NCBI GenBank assembly: GCA_964016885.1 | Contig: OZ024743.1 | Location: 18,724,001 to 18,788,000 of the forward strand | Length of the DNA: 64,000 nt | Direction: 5' to 3' | Source of the DNA: Eledone cirrhosa | Lineage: Eukaryota | In this document: positions 28,412-40,780 of the stretch, piece by piece | Position numbering within the stretch: position 1 is the stretch's first letter | How the letters are laid out: each line of letters opens with the position of its first letter | Notes under the pieces: generated by a model | Databases searched by the model: none | Seen by the model: the letters and a program-made list of their open reading frames with translations, nothing else | Told to the model about the DNA's origin: nothing | Translations under genes and position numbers: made by a program

Positions 28412-29383
28412 TTAATTAGGTTTATAATATTTAAATGTTTTTTTTAGTTTATGATTACACGATATAATTAATTCCTGTCGTTTATTTAATAAGATATCCT
28501 TAGATTTCATTATTTCAAATAGTTCTTGGGAACATAATCTACATTCATTTCTATTATTTTGATAAGGGGTGGCTCTTTTGAGCACACTCCAGGTCAAATC
28601 ATATTCTATATTCTTATTTTTATAACTATTGATTTTTTCTGCTAGAGATGTTGTATTAGCCAGTGCGGCATTTTTAAAACTATGCTTGTGGGTATTAAAC
28701 CTTGTCTTAAAATTGTTAGAGGTAGCTCCTATATATGAGCAAATAGAATCTTTAGTTTTAACATTACATTTATAGACTATGTTGTTAACAAGACAATTCC
28801 CTTTTAATGGGCAGTTTGCTTTGTTTCTACAGTTACATCCTTTCGTTAATTCTGTATTTGAGGAGATATTATGGTTAATTTGATGTACTGGTGGTATACT
28901 TATGGTTTTCTTACATTTATATGCATTATAGGCACTTATATTTTGTTTTATGTTATTTGTTGTAGAGTATGAGAATTTAACTGTAGACCTATTTAAGATT
29001 TGATGGTATTTGTGGTTTGGCGGGAAGTTTTTCTCAAGGATATAAAAAAATTTTTTAGCAATATTATCCTTAACTTGTAAATTAAATGGAGTATTATACC
29101 AAGTAACCCGTCTATTACGGTTTCTATGTTGTTTATTATTTTTATTATTTTTATAGGTTGTATCGTGATTTTTACTAGGAGGATTAATGTTAATGATCTC
29201 ACCACTACCATTTTTAGTTATATTTGTAGATTTAGGTGTTTTATCTTTTTTATTAGGAGTTTTATTATTAATATTTATTAGAGTTGTATGATGAGTAGTT
29301 TTTTGAGAGTTACTATACTTTATATTAGAAGATTTGGTATTTTGGGGTATAGTGTGGGTGGCATTTAGGTGTGTACTTTTCAT
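28412..29383 (-). pseudogene. PLE linker + GIY-YIG endonuclease (open frame, detached from RT by a deletion)
   Basis: WYNTPFN, CNCRNKANCPLKGNCL, IVY...YIGAT..FKTRF, CRLCSQE and LLNKRQE. Confidence 0.9.
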
Positions 29384-29407
29384 TTGGTGTTTGTTGGTAA
29401 TATTATG

Positions 29408-29757
29408 TTATGATATATTATATGCAAGGTTTTTAAGGATAAATTTAGAGTGATTAGATTGTGAGTGTATGTAATGTAAGTTTTGGTTAGGTTTATGGTA
29501 AGGTTGGTAGATACCCGTAGCTAAATCTAAAGTTATATCTAGGAAATTTACTACTTTACTTGTGTTTTCAAAAGTAATATTAAGATTATAATAGTCTTTA
29601 AGGAAAGTTCTAATATGTTTTTTGTTTTTTTCAATTTCTGAAAGGCTAAGGTTGTTAGAAAGAAGAAGACAGTCATCACGATATAAACCACCTTTGAGGT
29701 GGGGAAAAGAGGCATTTATGTTGAAAAGGAGAAAGAGGCCCACAAGATCAGTAATTT
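29408..29757 (-). pseudogene. PLE RT C-terminal fragment
   Basis: TDLVGLFLL, GGLYRDD, VNFLDITL and YQPYHKPN..YIH..SNH. Confidence 0.9.
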
Positions 29758-29771
29758 GTCAATAAATATAC

Positions 29772-29925
29772 TTCATTATTTCTGAAGACGGCGTATATAT
29801 GTGTTGGTATGTATATTTAATCTTGATAGTTTGTATAATTTTGTATAATTTTGTACATAGATCTGTTGAATATGCATGCCAATTCTAACACATATATATC
29901 CTAGAAACGATCGTTAAATAATGAA
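29772..29925 (+). ncRNA. Type I hammerhead with 115-nt hairpin stem II (inverted copy)
   Basis: UUCAUUAUUU-CUGAAGA-[29789-29903 hairpin]-GAAAC-GAUC-GUU/AAAUAAUGAA. Stem I is 10 bp and stem III is palindromic. Confidence 0.82.
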
Positions 29926-30118
29926 CTTTTTTTGTTTAATATAAGGAACTGTCTCATTGTTTATTCATTATTTGTTTAATATTTTATCTTGACTCTGTAT
30001 ACCGTTTATCTTTCACCGAAAGTGATTTTTCATTACATCTCTTCATTCCATGATATCCGGAATACATTGAGTTCTTCATACGGATTGGACACTACCGTAA
30101 ACTCTTGGTAGATTTATC

Positions 30119-30154
<36 letters not shown>

Positions 30155-30561
30155 TACATACATACACATACAAACAGATATAAACATATACATGTGCAGA
30201 CGCGCGTGCTGGCGCATGTGTATGTATGTACATGTATGCACCTGCAGATACACATGTGTATACCTCTGTGCGCGTGTGTGCACATGCACATGCATACATG
30301 TAAACATGTACAGATACACACACACGCACATATACGCACACATACATATACCTATATACATATAAACATAAACATACACATATATATATATATATATATA
30401 CATACACATACATACATATATACATATATACACACATAAACACATACACACATACACACACGTGTGTGCGTATGCATGTGCACATGTGTGCATGTGCGCA
30501 TGGGCACGCGTGTGTATGTGTATATACACATACACACACATACATATACATACACACACAA

Positions 30562-30644
<83 letters not shown>

Positions 30645-30839
30645 CACATATACACACATACACATATACATTCATGGGTTCATACATACATGCCTCTGCA
30701 TCTGCACGCACACACATACACACATACATACACACACACACCCATATATACATCATACACATATACACACATATATGTTTATATATATGTATACATATAT
30801 ACATATACACACACATATATATATCCCAGCACACACAGA

Positions 30840-31625
30840 CACAGCACTCCTACCGCCTTGACCACTTCCTGTTGCGCGCGCACCCCACATCTTTCCTCTT
30901 CCGACCATCTCTCCATTAATTACTCGTACGTGGATCTTGACCGCGGAATCAATTACCATCCTAGGAGTTTACCAACCTTTCTACCACATCTTCTTACGGA
31001 ATCACCTTTATAACTCACCCACACACACACCCAAACCTTTTTTCCCCACACGCCACCTACACCCACAACACGCTTAAACCCCACACACACGTGCTTTCCA
31101 CCACATATTTACACCTTCAGCCTCCGGATTCCTCTCCCCCACCCTCTATCCACACACGCACACACACTCCGACCTACACCTGACCCCACACACACTTCTT
31201 CCTGAACATGCAACCCCGTTCTTTCCCCAACCCTAGCTTTCACATACACACACACACACACACACACCACCTTCAGCCCTCCCCGCTCGGACAACCCGTC
31301 TCCCTCTCACCACTCCACCCGCCACCACCCCTACACACCCCACACCCTTCCACCACCTGTTTTACCCCATTTTAATTTTATTTTATTTTGATCATGCTTT
31401 TATTTTTAATTTCATTCGCCCCGTTTCCTCCCACCCCTTTTTCGCTATATGTCTCCCCACCACTCCCCTACACACCCTTTTAACTCTCTTCCCACACACT
31501 TTTCACCTGAAGAAGGGCTTATGCCCGAAACGTCGTTCCCCACCACCCCACTCTCCAGAGCGTGAAATTAATAAACATTCGTTGTACTGCCACTCTGTTT
31601 TGTTCCTGTTCAAATTTTCCATTAT
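30840..31625 (+). mobile_element. C-rich PLE-like 3' end with minimal HHR and AATAAA
   Basis: C/A-rich tract, minimal HHR at 31505-31536, AATAAA at 31570-31575, then (TA)n. Confidence 0.5.
31505..31536 (+). ncRNA. Minimal type I hammerhead (loop-less stem III)
   Basis: AC-CUGAAGA-A-GGGC-UUAU-GCCC-GAAAC-GUC/GU. This is the typical PLE minimal form. Stem I is short. Confidence 0.75.
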
Positions 31626-31756
31626 ATATATATATATGTATGTACGTGTACATACTTATATTTAAGTAACAGCCGTACTAAGAGTGGGAAATGAAATATC
31701 GTTTCATTTTTTCCGTTTATTGTTTTCGGTGCACCCGGCCGATTAACCCACTCGAT

Positions 31757-31764
31757 ATGCAAAT
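31757..31764 (+). promoter_or_regulatory. Octamer motif ATGCAAAT in the retrozyme-like unit (also at 32183-32190 and 39365-39372)
   Basis: Exact octamer about 100 nt upstream of the HHR cleavage site. Function is only inferred. Confidence 0.3.
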
Positions 31765-31830
31765 TGGGCTACTCAGCCGTTAATAAGCATAAGGTAAGTA
31801 TATACGTTCAACAATCTGGCAGGAAGGTAT

Positions 31831-31873
31831 ACGTTGCTGACGATAGCTAACAAGCTTGAAACTAGTACAGCGT
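31831..31873 (+). ncRNA. Type I hammerhead ribozyme (unit 1), predicted cleavage after 31867
   Basis: ACGUUG-CUGACGA-U-AGCU-AACA-AGCU-U-GAAAC-UA-GUA/CAGCGU. Stem I can extend via AAGG/CCUU and CUGGCA/UGUCAG. Confidence 0.9.
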
Positions 31874-32256
31874 TCCTTTGTCAGTGTTGAACAAACGAGC
31901 AACGGTGGTTGCTAGACACTACGGCTTAATACCGGATGTTTGTTTACAAACACACCGAGCATTATAATAAATGTTCGGTGAATCCATACGTGCATATATA
32001 TATATGTGTGCATGTATGTATATATATATATATACTTACTACTGTACGTCGGTATACATATATGTATGTACGTGTACATACTTATATTTAAGTAACAGCC
32101 GTACTAAGAGTGGGAAATGAAATATAGTTTCATTTTTTCCGTTTATCGTTTTCGGTGCACCCGGCCGATTAACCCACTCGATATGCAAATTGGGCTACTC
32201 AGCCGTTAATATGCATAAGGTAAGTATATACGTTCAACAATCTGTCAGGAGGGTAT

Positions 32257-32299
32257 ACGTTGCTGACGATAGCTAACAAGCTTGAAACTAGTACAGCGT
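32257..32299 (+). ncRNA. Type I hammerhead ribozyme (unit 2), predicted cleavage after 32293
   Basis: Identical motif 426 nt downstream of unit 1. Confidence 0.9.
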
Positions 32300-32678
32300 T
32301 CCTTTGTCAGTGTTGAACAAACGATCAACGGTGGTTGGTAGACACTACGGCTTAATACGCGATGTTTGTTTACAAACAGACCGAGCATTATAATAAATGT
32401 TCGATGAATCCATACGTGCATATATATATATGTGTGCATGTATGTATATATATATATATATATATATATACATACTACTGTACGTCAGTATACATATATG
32501 TATGTACGTGTACATACTTATATTTAAGTAACAGCCGTACTAAGAGTGGGAAATGAAATATCGTTTCATTTTTTCCGTTTATATATATATACATATACGT
32601 ATATATATATATATATATATACATATATATCCATATACATATATATATATATAGACACACACACACACACACAGATAT

Positions 32679-32716
<38 letters not shown>

Positions 32717-32742
32717 GCATATATACATATACACACACACAT

Positions 32743-32810
<68 letters not shown>

Positions 32811-32962
32811 TTATATATATAAATATATATATATATGTATATATATAAATATATACATATATATTTATACATACACATATACATATACACAAATGTATAC
32901 ACACATACATACGTATATATATACACACATACACATACATTCACATATATATACATACACAA

Positions 32963-33019
<57 letters not shown>

Positions 33020-33184
33020 TACATACACAGACACATACATATACATACATATACACACATATATACATACATATACATATAAACAAATATATACATACAT
33101 ATATATATATATATATACATACACATACACACATACATATATACATACACATACATATATTTATGTATATACATACACATATAC

Positions 33185-33215
<31 letters not shown>

Positions 33216-33399
33216 CATATATACACACATACACACAAATACAAATATACACATACAACTAAATAAATATACGCATATACACAGGCACATAAAAAACCTC
33301 TACAGGAAGAAAATGCCGATAGGTAAGAGGTACTCACATAACCATAGTGGCTGTATTTCAGGATGAGGAAGGGTAGGGTGGAATGTAGGTATAGGGGCT

Positions 33400-34900
33400 A
33401 AAAGGAGGAGGTCGTTTTTAGCCATCGGGCTTTAACACTGGCTTAAAGTATTTGAAAGTTGCTAAGTTCTTGTGCATGCAGTTCGGGCAGTGTTCAGAAA
33501 GTTTGTTCAGTAGCGGGCCCTTGGCGAATAACATGTCGTAGCTCTCTGAGATACAAAGGTCGCAGCCCTCGTGTCCTCCGTTGTAAGAGCGCGCTTTCTG
33601 GAGTATTTTCTATTTAAGCGTGAAGGGATTGGAGTTCCTTTTGAGGTCCCAAACAAAGGAGGCGAGTGTTGTCTGGTTTGATTTGTCCGGTCTTCTGAAG
33701 GAGTGGGTATCGGCAAACCAACGAGTCTTAAAATTATTGGAAGTCATGCCGATGTAAGTTTTTTTGTTATTGCAATCATCGGTGCCTGAGATGACATCGC
33801 ATTTGTATACGATATCATTTGTGAGGCATTTGTTTTCAAGTGGGCATGCTTCCTTATTTAGGCAATTACACAAAGGGGATTGGGTTCGGAGGTGGTTGGT
33901 TTATTTATTTTTTTAGAATTGTGGTTGGCTATATTCCTAGCTAGGTTAGGTTTGGTGGAGTAGGAGAGTCTTATTGTGTTCTTATTAAAGATGGTGTGGT
34001 ACCTATGTTGTATGGGGAAGTGTATTTTCAGCAAAGTGAAGAAAATCCTAGCTATCGGTGTAGAGAGCTCTCTATTGAAGGGAGGGTTGTACCAGCTAAT
34101 CTGCCTATGCCTATTCCTCCTCTGCAACCTTGCGGTGGTATATATGTAGGTTATATTTTCTTTAAATCCGCTGCGGGCGAGGGCGTCATTGTAGTAGGAG
34201 GCAGAGGCGTTAACAATATCTTTGTTGGAGGAGAGGCCAGATATTCTAATAGAAACGCTTTTTACTAGGTTATCAGTGATGTTTTGGGGGTGGTTTGAAT
34301 TAACATTAATATATCTAAGGCACTCGTTAGGTTTGTGGTACGGGTAATAGAGGGAAGTATCTAGGTCGAGAGTGACATCTAAGAAGTTGGCCCTAGTCAA
34401 ATTAGATTCTATAGTTTTACTAAATCCTAGATTAGAGAAGAATGAGCTTAAGTGTTTCCGAAAACCATCGGTGGTTCTGGGGTTAACCTTTGCAGGGCGA
34501 CGAGGCCGTCGTCTCGGTATAATCTTCCGGTTATGCCGGGAAAGAGGTTCTTCAGGTGATGTAGGATGTACATGCCCACAAGGTCGCTAATTTCAGCCGA
34601 TTCACTCGCTTCCATGCTAACGTCAAATGGGGTCTGAGATTTCTTGTTGATCCAGTAAGATCCATTGTGGTATAGAAAGGTCTTACGGGCGTGGAGGATA
34701 ACAACTTGCTCCGCATCGGTAATGTTGGAAAAATTACTAACAAAGTTAATTGCGTCCCTCAGGAAGGGCTCCGAGATAGAGGCATAGTAGTTTTCTATGT
34801 CGAGTTGCAGGAAGCGAGTGTGGTGTTTGTCGGGTAATTCTTGGAACCAGGATATTGCCTCAGATGTTCTGCTCCAGAGTGGGAGTGGTGAGGCAGCCTG
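33400..34900 (-). pseudogene. 5'-truncated, frameshifted Naiad-type PLE ORF (family E)
   Basis: FLQLDIENYY, DVSM..SESAEISDLVG, LYRDDG, NFLDVTL, WYNPPFN, CNCLNKEACPLENKCL and IVY...YIGMT. Confidence 0.92.
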
Positions 34901-34945
<45 letters not shown>

Positions 34946-37900
34946 GCATTTGCAGAAAATGTAGCTACACACGAATAATAAATCACTGGAAATTGACCTC
35001 CCCATCCAGCTTATTGGCGTGCAGATTCAACCGAAAGGTTTGTATTGCCGGTTTGCACAACATATTTGAAAAAAGCACTATGTTGGTAAGATACGTGTGA
35101 GATGATAATTAAAAAAGGGAATGGACAAGAATATTTATGGGGGCCTTTCGACAAAGTCAAAATTATATACGTAATATATATGACGAGAAGTATATATACA
35201 GCACATTTCTCATGTAAAATGTGCACCGCTCAAGAGACTGAATACTTTAAAATGTTTACTTTTATCAAGAATCGTAAGGAGTATATGCTAGAGATTCCAA
35301 GCTGATAAAAAGAGTTCTTCTAACTAAGTATTCGATAAAACACCTTTCCAGTGTATAGGTTAAGTATTTATGTTTCTCCATTCAAATAGATGTATGTAAA
35401 TTATACTTTTGGGGAGGTATTTGAAATTACAAAATAGAAGTCTATTCCCCTAAATTGACAGATTAATTATATAGTTGTATTTATACTTCATTTTTATTTC
35501 AACTCAGTTGTGAATTTTTAATTCTTTCTCAAGTCATCTTACCGGAAATAGAAAACAATTTTAAAGAATCGAAAAAGATATACATTGTCCACTGTATGGT
35601 ATTGAAATACTAAACTGCATACGCAAACACAATTCACATCCTATTCTATCCAAGAACACAATATGTTTCAACTGTAACATGGAATCTATATGTTGGCATT
35701 TATTTTTCATAGTGAAATTGTATTTGATTTTGATATATAGAGGCTTTTCAGACTACAGAAAAATAACATATTCCATAATGTTTGACGTGCCTCCATTTTT
35801 GAATGATATCATCGTAGAGATTTGTCTAATTTCTTAAATGAAAGTAATATGTCATATGACAGATATAACATCACAAATATTGTATGATGCATAAAACCCT
35901 CGGAATGCTAATGTTCCAAATTTAAAGGTGATGATACTAATATCAGGGTTGTAACAATTGATTATGATAGTATTGTTTGCTGTCGATATACACACGTACA
36001 TCCATATTTCCGAATAAACATTTCACGTTATATTATAAATTCAGCATAATTCTTTTCTTTAGAAAAATATAGGGCTTGTCGTTTGTGATCTACTCAATTT
36101 TAATTATTTACTAATGATCATTCTGCATTTTTGAAATGTGATTTCTGTTGGATTTATTATCTTATCAATTTTATTTACTCAGATGAAATCTGAACTATAA
36201 AGACAACATATCCAAAACGAGACTGTCAACAGAAATATATTTTTTGTAAATTTACCTAGACCACAATGTGGTAGAAACACTTCCCATTATATATAACATC
36301 ATATACATATACTAAATATAATATTTGCATATACTATTATGTTCAAAGTATTCCGAATGTGAACCTCTGTTATGGAGTTTTTTCGTAGGTTATATCCTAG
36401 AATTGGTTTAGTGTGAGTATAATTTAATAAAGTGAAATATAGCAGGAAAATGATGCTGCACGTGTAAACATGCGATCATATATATGTACATATGGTTGTG
36501 TGCTTGAGGTAATTTTTACATTTACGCAACGCTAAACCTCAGCGATATATTTCTAGATACAAATACAGACAAGAAAAATATGACCAAATGGGTTATAGGT
36601 TTTCTAATTTATTTCGATCTCAAATCACCTTCAGTGTGAATCAAATATTTCTGAAATACATTCTAGCCTATGTAAATTTCTCTGAAACTCTTCAAATATA
36701 ATTCAACATATGTATTGAACAAGCTTCTGTATCTAAAATGGTTTGTGTGTAGTAAGCAGACTATTAATACGTATTTCAACGAAACTCTGATTTTAATGCC
36801 AAATAGTGATTATTCGTGGTTTGGGATTAGTGTAGGAGAATTACATTATGTGATAAATTATAACATATACGTACTGAAAAATCTATGCACAATACGTGTA
36901 TATTTATATAATGTTCATACAAAGTTGTATATAAATGCGGTATCCTGATACAGAAGTAAAATAAATATATTATAGATCTTTGTTTGCAATAAACTTAATA
37001 AATTATTCATAAAGGAAGTCTTCCTTTCTCCTCATTCATGCTATACGTTCAACTGTATCCGTGTACAGGTAACATATTCAGTATTGTATCTAATCGATAC
37101 AATTGGGAACTATAGTCACTTCTATACTCTCTAGTGCCATATACGTTTCTGATAAAGCACTTTTATCTCTAACAAGATCGATAAAATAGTATCATTCATT
37201 TTACTTTAAATTTTGATCTTGCCTTTGGAGAAATATATAATCAAGAAAGTTGAATTATAATGGCTTTTGTCATAGATAGATTTTTTTGAGAATGAAAGTA
37301 TATAAATAACACGTGATACCCTATCCGTTATACAATTTAGCGGTAATTCTAGAAGTGCACCAGCTGTGACTCAGTAACCAAATTATTATGTCTATGACAT
37401 TATACGAAGGAATGTAAATATAATAACTCCCTACTAATCTTGAGAATTATCGTGTGATTTTGAATATATACATAATACTTGAAGGAAAGTAATATTTTAT
37501 TGCCACTTTAAATATTTCATGTATTTGAAATATTTCTATAATTCATTTAAAAGGAAATATGTGAAAACAAAAATGAATATAAATTATCAAGATAAAAATA
37601 GAATAATCGGAAAAAATGTAAATGATTTGCTCTTCAAACATATATAAACTCCAGAAGGAAGAAAGAGAAACAATTTACTATTTCTAGAAGATTGCAAAAT
37701 GAGACACATTTCAATAAATTAGGCCGTCTTTCGAGGGGATAACAGAAAATATGCATGCACACAGACACATGTATACGTGTGCGAATAATCTATCTGCAAT
37801 AACAGCCAGATGCTATTAGATGGCTAATAAAATAAGGTAAATACTTCTAGAGACAAAAGAATGTTCCTAACGCCTGTTAGTGAGGATCTAACACAGTACC

Positions 37901-38089
37901 TCGCAGAAACCAGCTAGCTGGTCTCATCATTGTGATAACGGATCGCTGAAAACATATTATCTTCTATAAATCAGCAGCTGAATTAACCACCCTTTGAACA
38001 TTTATGTAAATGTCATGTCTGAAGCTCGAATTTTAGAATTACAATTTGTATATATATTGAAAGACATTATCAGAAGGCGTTATTTATCG

Positions 38090-38152
<63 letters not shown>

Positions 38153-38422
38153 GCACACACACACATACACACACACGCACGCACACACATATATATATAT
38201 ATTTATTAATACAATGTATGCCAATACGATAAAAGTGGACAGATGTGATGAACACGTTCACCATAAAAGTAGATAATCCTAGGAAAATTAACAATGAACG
38301 GAAACAAGGAAATGAAAAACAATTTAAGCAGAAACCTTAAAATAGTATTTTAAAAATATAACAATACAAACGAAGGACAAAGAACAATTCACACACACAT
38401 ACATGTAATATATATATATATA

Positions 38423-39114
38423 TATGTTCGGTAAACCCATACGTACATATATATATCTGTGCATGTATGTATCTATATACATTCTACTGTACGTCTGTAT
38501 ACATACATCTATGGACGTATACATGCTTATATATATATATATATATAAGCATGTATACGTACATACATGTATGTATACAGATGTACAGTAGTATGTATAT
38601 AGATACATACATGCACATATATATATATATATATATATATCTACGTATGGGTTTGTTTGTAAACAGCCCGAATTCTAAGCCGTACAGTGTTCGGCAACCA
38701 TCGTTGCCACTTTGTTCAACACTGACAAAGGAACGATGAACTAGTTTCTAGCTTATTAGCTGTCATCAGCACTGTATACCTTCCCGTCAGTTGATTGAAC
38801 GTTTCAAAGTATATACTTTCTTTATGCATATTAACGGCCGGGCAGCCCAGTTTGCATATCGAGTGAGTTAGTCGGCCGGGCGTACCGAAAACGATAAATG
38901 GAAAAAATGAAATTTCGTTTCTCACTCTTAGTACGGCTGATACTTAAATATAAGTATGTATACATACATACATATATGTATGCAGACGTACAGTAGTATG
39001 TATATATATCAGCCTCGTATACCTTCCTGTCAGTTGATTGAACGTTTGAAAGTATATACTTTCCTTACAAACAAACCAAGCATTATAATAAATGTTCGGT
39101 AAACCCATACGTAC

Positions 39115-39203
<89 letters not shown>

Positions 39204-39420
39204 CATGTATCTATGTATATACATACTACTGTAAGTCTGTATACATATATGTATGTACGTATACATACTTATATTTAAGTATCAGCCGTACTAAGAGTGA
39301 AAAAGGAAATTTAATGTTTTCCATCTATCGTTTTCGGTACGCCCGGTCGACTAACTCACTCGATATGCAAATTAGGCTGCTCAGCCCTTAATATGCATAA
39401 GGAAAGTATATACGTTCAAA
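38423..39420. mobile_element. Rearranged cluster of the retrozyme-like repeat (direct and inverted pieces)
   Basis: 38640-39005 is a minus-strand unit and 39200-39420 is a plus-strand partial unit. Pieces are joined at (TA)n. Confidence 0.8.
38733..38775 (-). ncRNA. Type I hammerhead ribozyme of the retrozyme-like repeat
   Basis: ACAGUG-CUGAUGA-C-AGCU-AAUA-AGCU-A-GAAAC-UA-GUU/CAUCGU. Confidence 0.82.
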
Positions 39421-40523
39421 CGTGTAAATAATATTTGGTCATATTTAACCATTATATTAAATTTAATTCTCCTTTTTTTTTAGTATCGAGCTGAAATCTG
39501 AAGTCTAAGTTCGTGAATTGCTATATTTCTAATGCCATTTTAACTCTGGTCTAGAAATCCTCAAAATTGTCTACTCGGAATAACCGTATGTGTTTCCTCA
39601 AGTCAGGTTTAATGTTCTGTTTATAGAATTTATAATGTGGTACATCGAAAAACAAAGAATACGTTTGCAGCAGCGCCGATTCATTTCATTTCATTGAATT
39701 CCTGTTTTTTCTGTATTTCACCGTTTCTTCATTATTCGATATTAACTTCTTTAAAAAAATCACATATGCTCCATCAGATATTAATCACGCAGACATGATT
39801 GAAATACGAAGTATCAGAACCAAGAAATAACACTTGTATACGAACACATAAATACAGAGAAAACGTATACATGGCATTGCAGCTTCTAGAAATAGCAATG
39901 ATCGTCATCTCATATGAATGAATTTATATGGTATTAAGAGGAAAACACGTTGAATAATTTATTTTACGGATAATCGTATTGGAATTTGACCAAGAAGACT
40001 GGTACTGATTAAATAGTTCGGATCATATACTGCGAGTAAATAACTAACTCGAACTATTATACGTGAGTGTCGATTAGATTAATGTAGGAACCGTGCTGAA
40101 GAATTAGAAAGGAGAAAAATAAGAAACTAGTGGATGAATTTATTTATAGCACTATGCAATCAGTTATATTAATTTCAATACTCATTCTCACAATTTTATT
40201 ATTTAATCACAATTAATGAAATATATATTTACTATATGACATATTTACCATTCGCCATCTGTGAAATTTCCTGTATCAACACCTTTTCTGAATGCCTCAT
40301 ATCTTATTCATTTGATAGCGGATCACAATCGTATCTAATCAATAATTATATATGTCATTTACACATGCAGTTAAGCATCCATTCTCTATAGTTATCGGTA
40401 CACATATATTTATTTGATGAATTTTCCATGCTGATAATCTTTTGACATATTTAAAGTTATGTATTTATTGAACGAAAATATGTACTCATTTCTGAATTTT
40501 GACAAATTTTCTTCTTCGTTTGC

Positions 40524-40780
40524 TTATTTATTCTGGGCAACGTCGTGGGGCCAGATTTCTGAAACACACCTTCCAGACGTTCCAGCGAAAAGCAGCCATC
40601 TCCACCTTATCCTGTTGAATATGGAAGTGAGATCGGTTGAGCTCATGGACGGTATACAAACATTTTGTTTGGGGTGTATAACTGTGTCTCCTTCCGGTTG
40701 CTTTTTCCTGCACAATCTCTCAAGTGAATTATTCTTGAAACATTCTAACACCATCCTCGTAGTATTAGAGTTATAACCTC
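40524..40780 (-). pseudogene. Possible RTE-clade LINE ORF2 C-terminal remnant
   Basis: LECFKNNSLERLCR and RIRWRWL resemble the RTE motifs LEAF...CLRRI and RRWRWLGH. Confidence 0.35.

Larger units (their letters stand above)
24188..30120 (-). mobile_element. 5'-truncated Naiad-type PLE (family D) with a ~4.2-kb microsatellite-rich 3' region and 5' inverted pLTR
   Basis: Coding remnants at 29757-28412. 29759-29987 is the reverse complement of 24188-24416. HHR in both. Confidence 0.82.
31636..32580 (+). mobile_element. Tandem array (~2.2 units, period 426-436 bp) of an HHR-containing non-coding repeat, retrozyme-like
   Basis: TTTAAGTAACAGCCGTACTAAGAG recurs at 31661, 32087 and 32523. One HHR per unit and no meaningful ORF. 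Confidence 0.88.

Noticed and set aside
31636-32580. CRISPR-like array or simple satellite
   Set aside because: The context is eukaryotic with no repeat-spacer structure. Units are ~430 bp, dispersed and contain an HHR.
35000-38000. Host gene exons in the unique AT-rich stretches (also 51000-54000 and 56200-58000)
   Set aside because: No convincing ORF or domain. Small exons cannot be excluded without transcript data.
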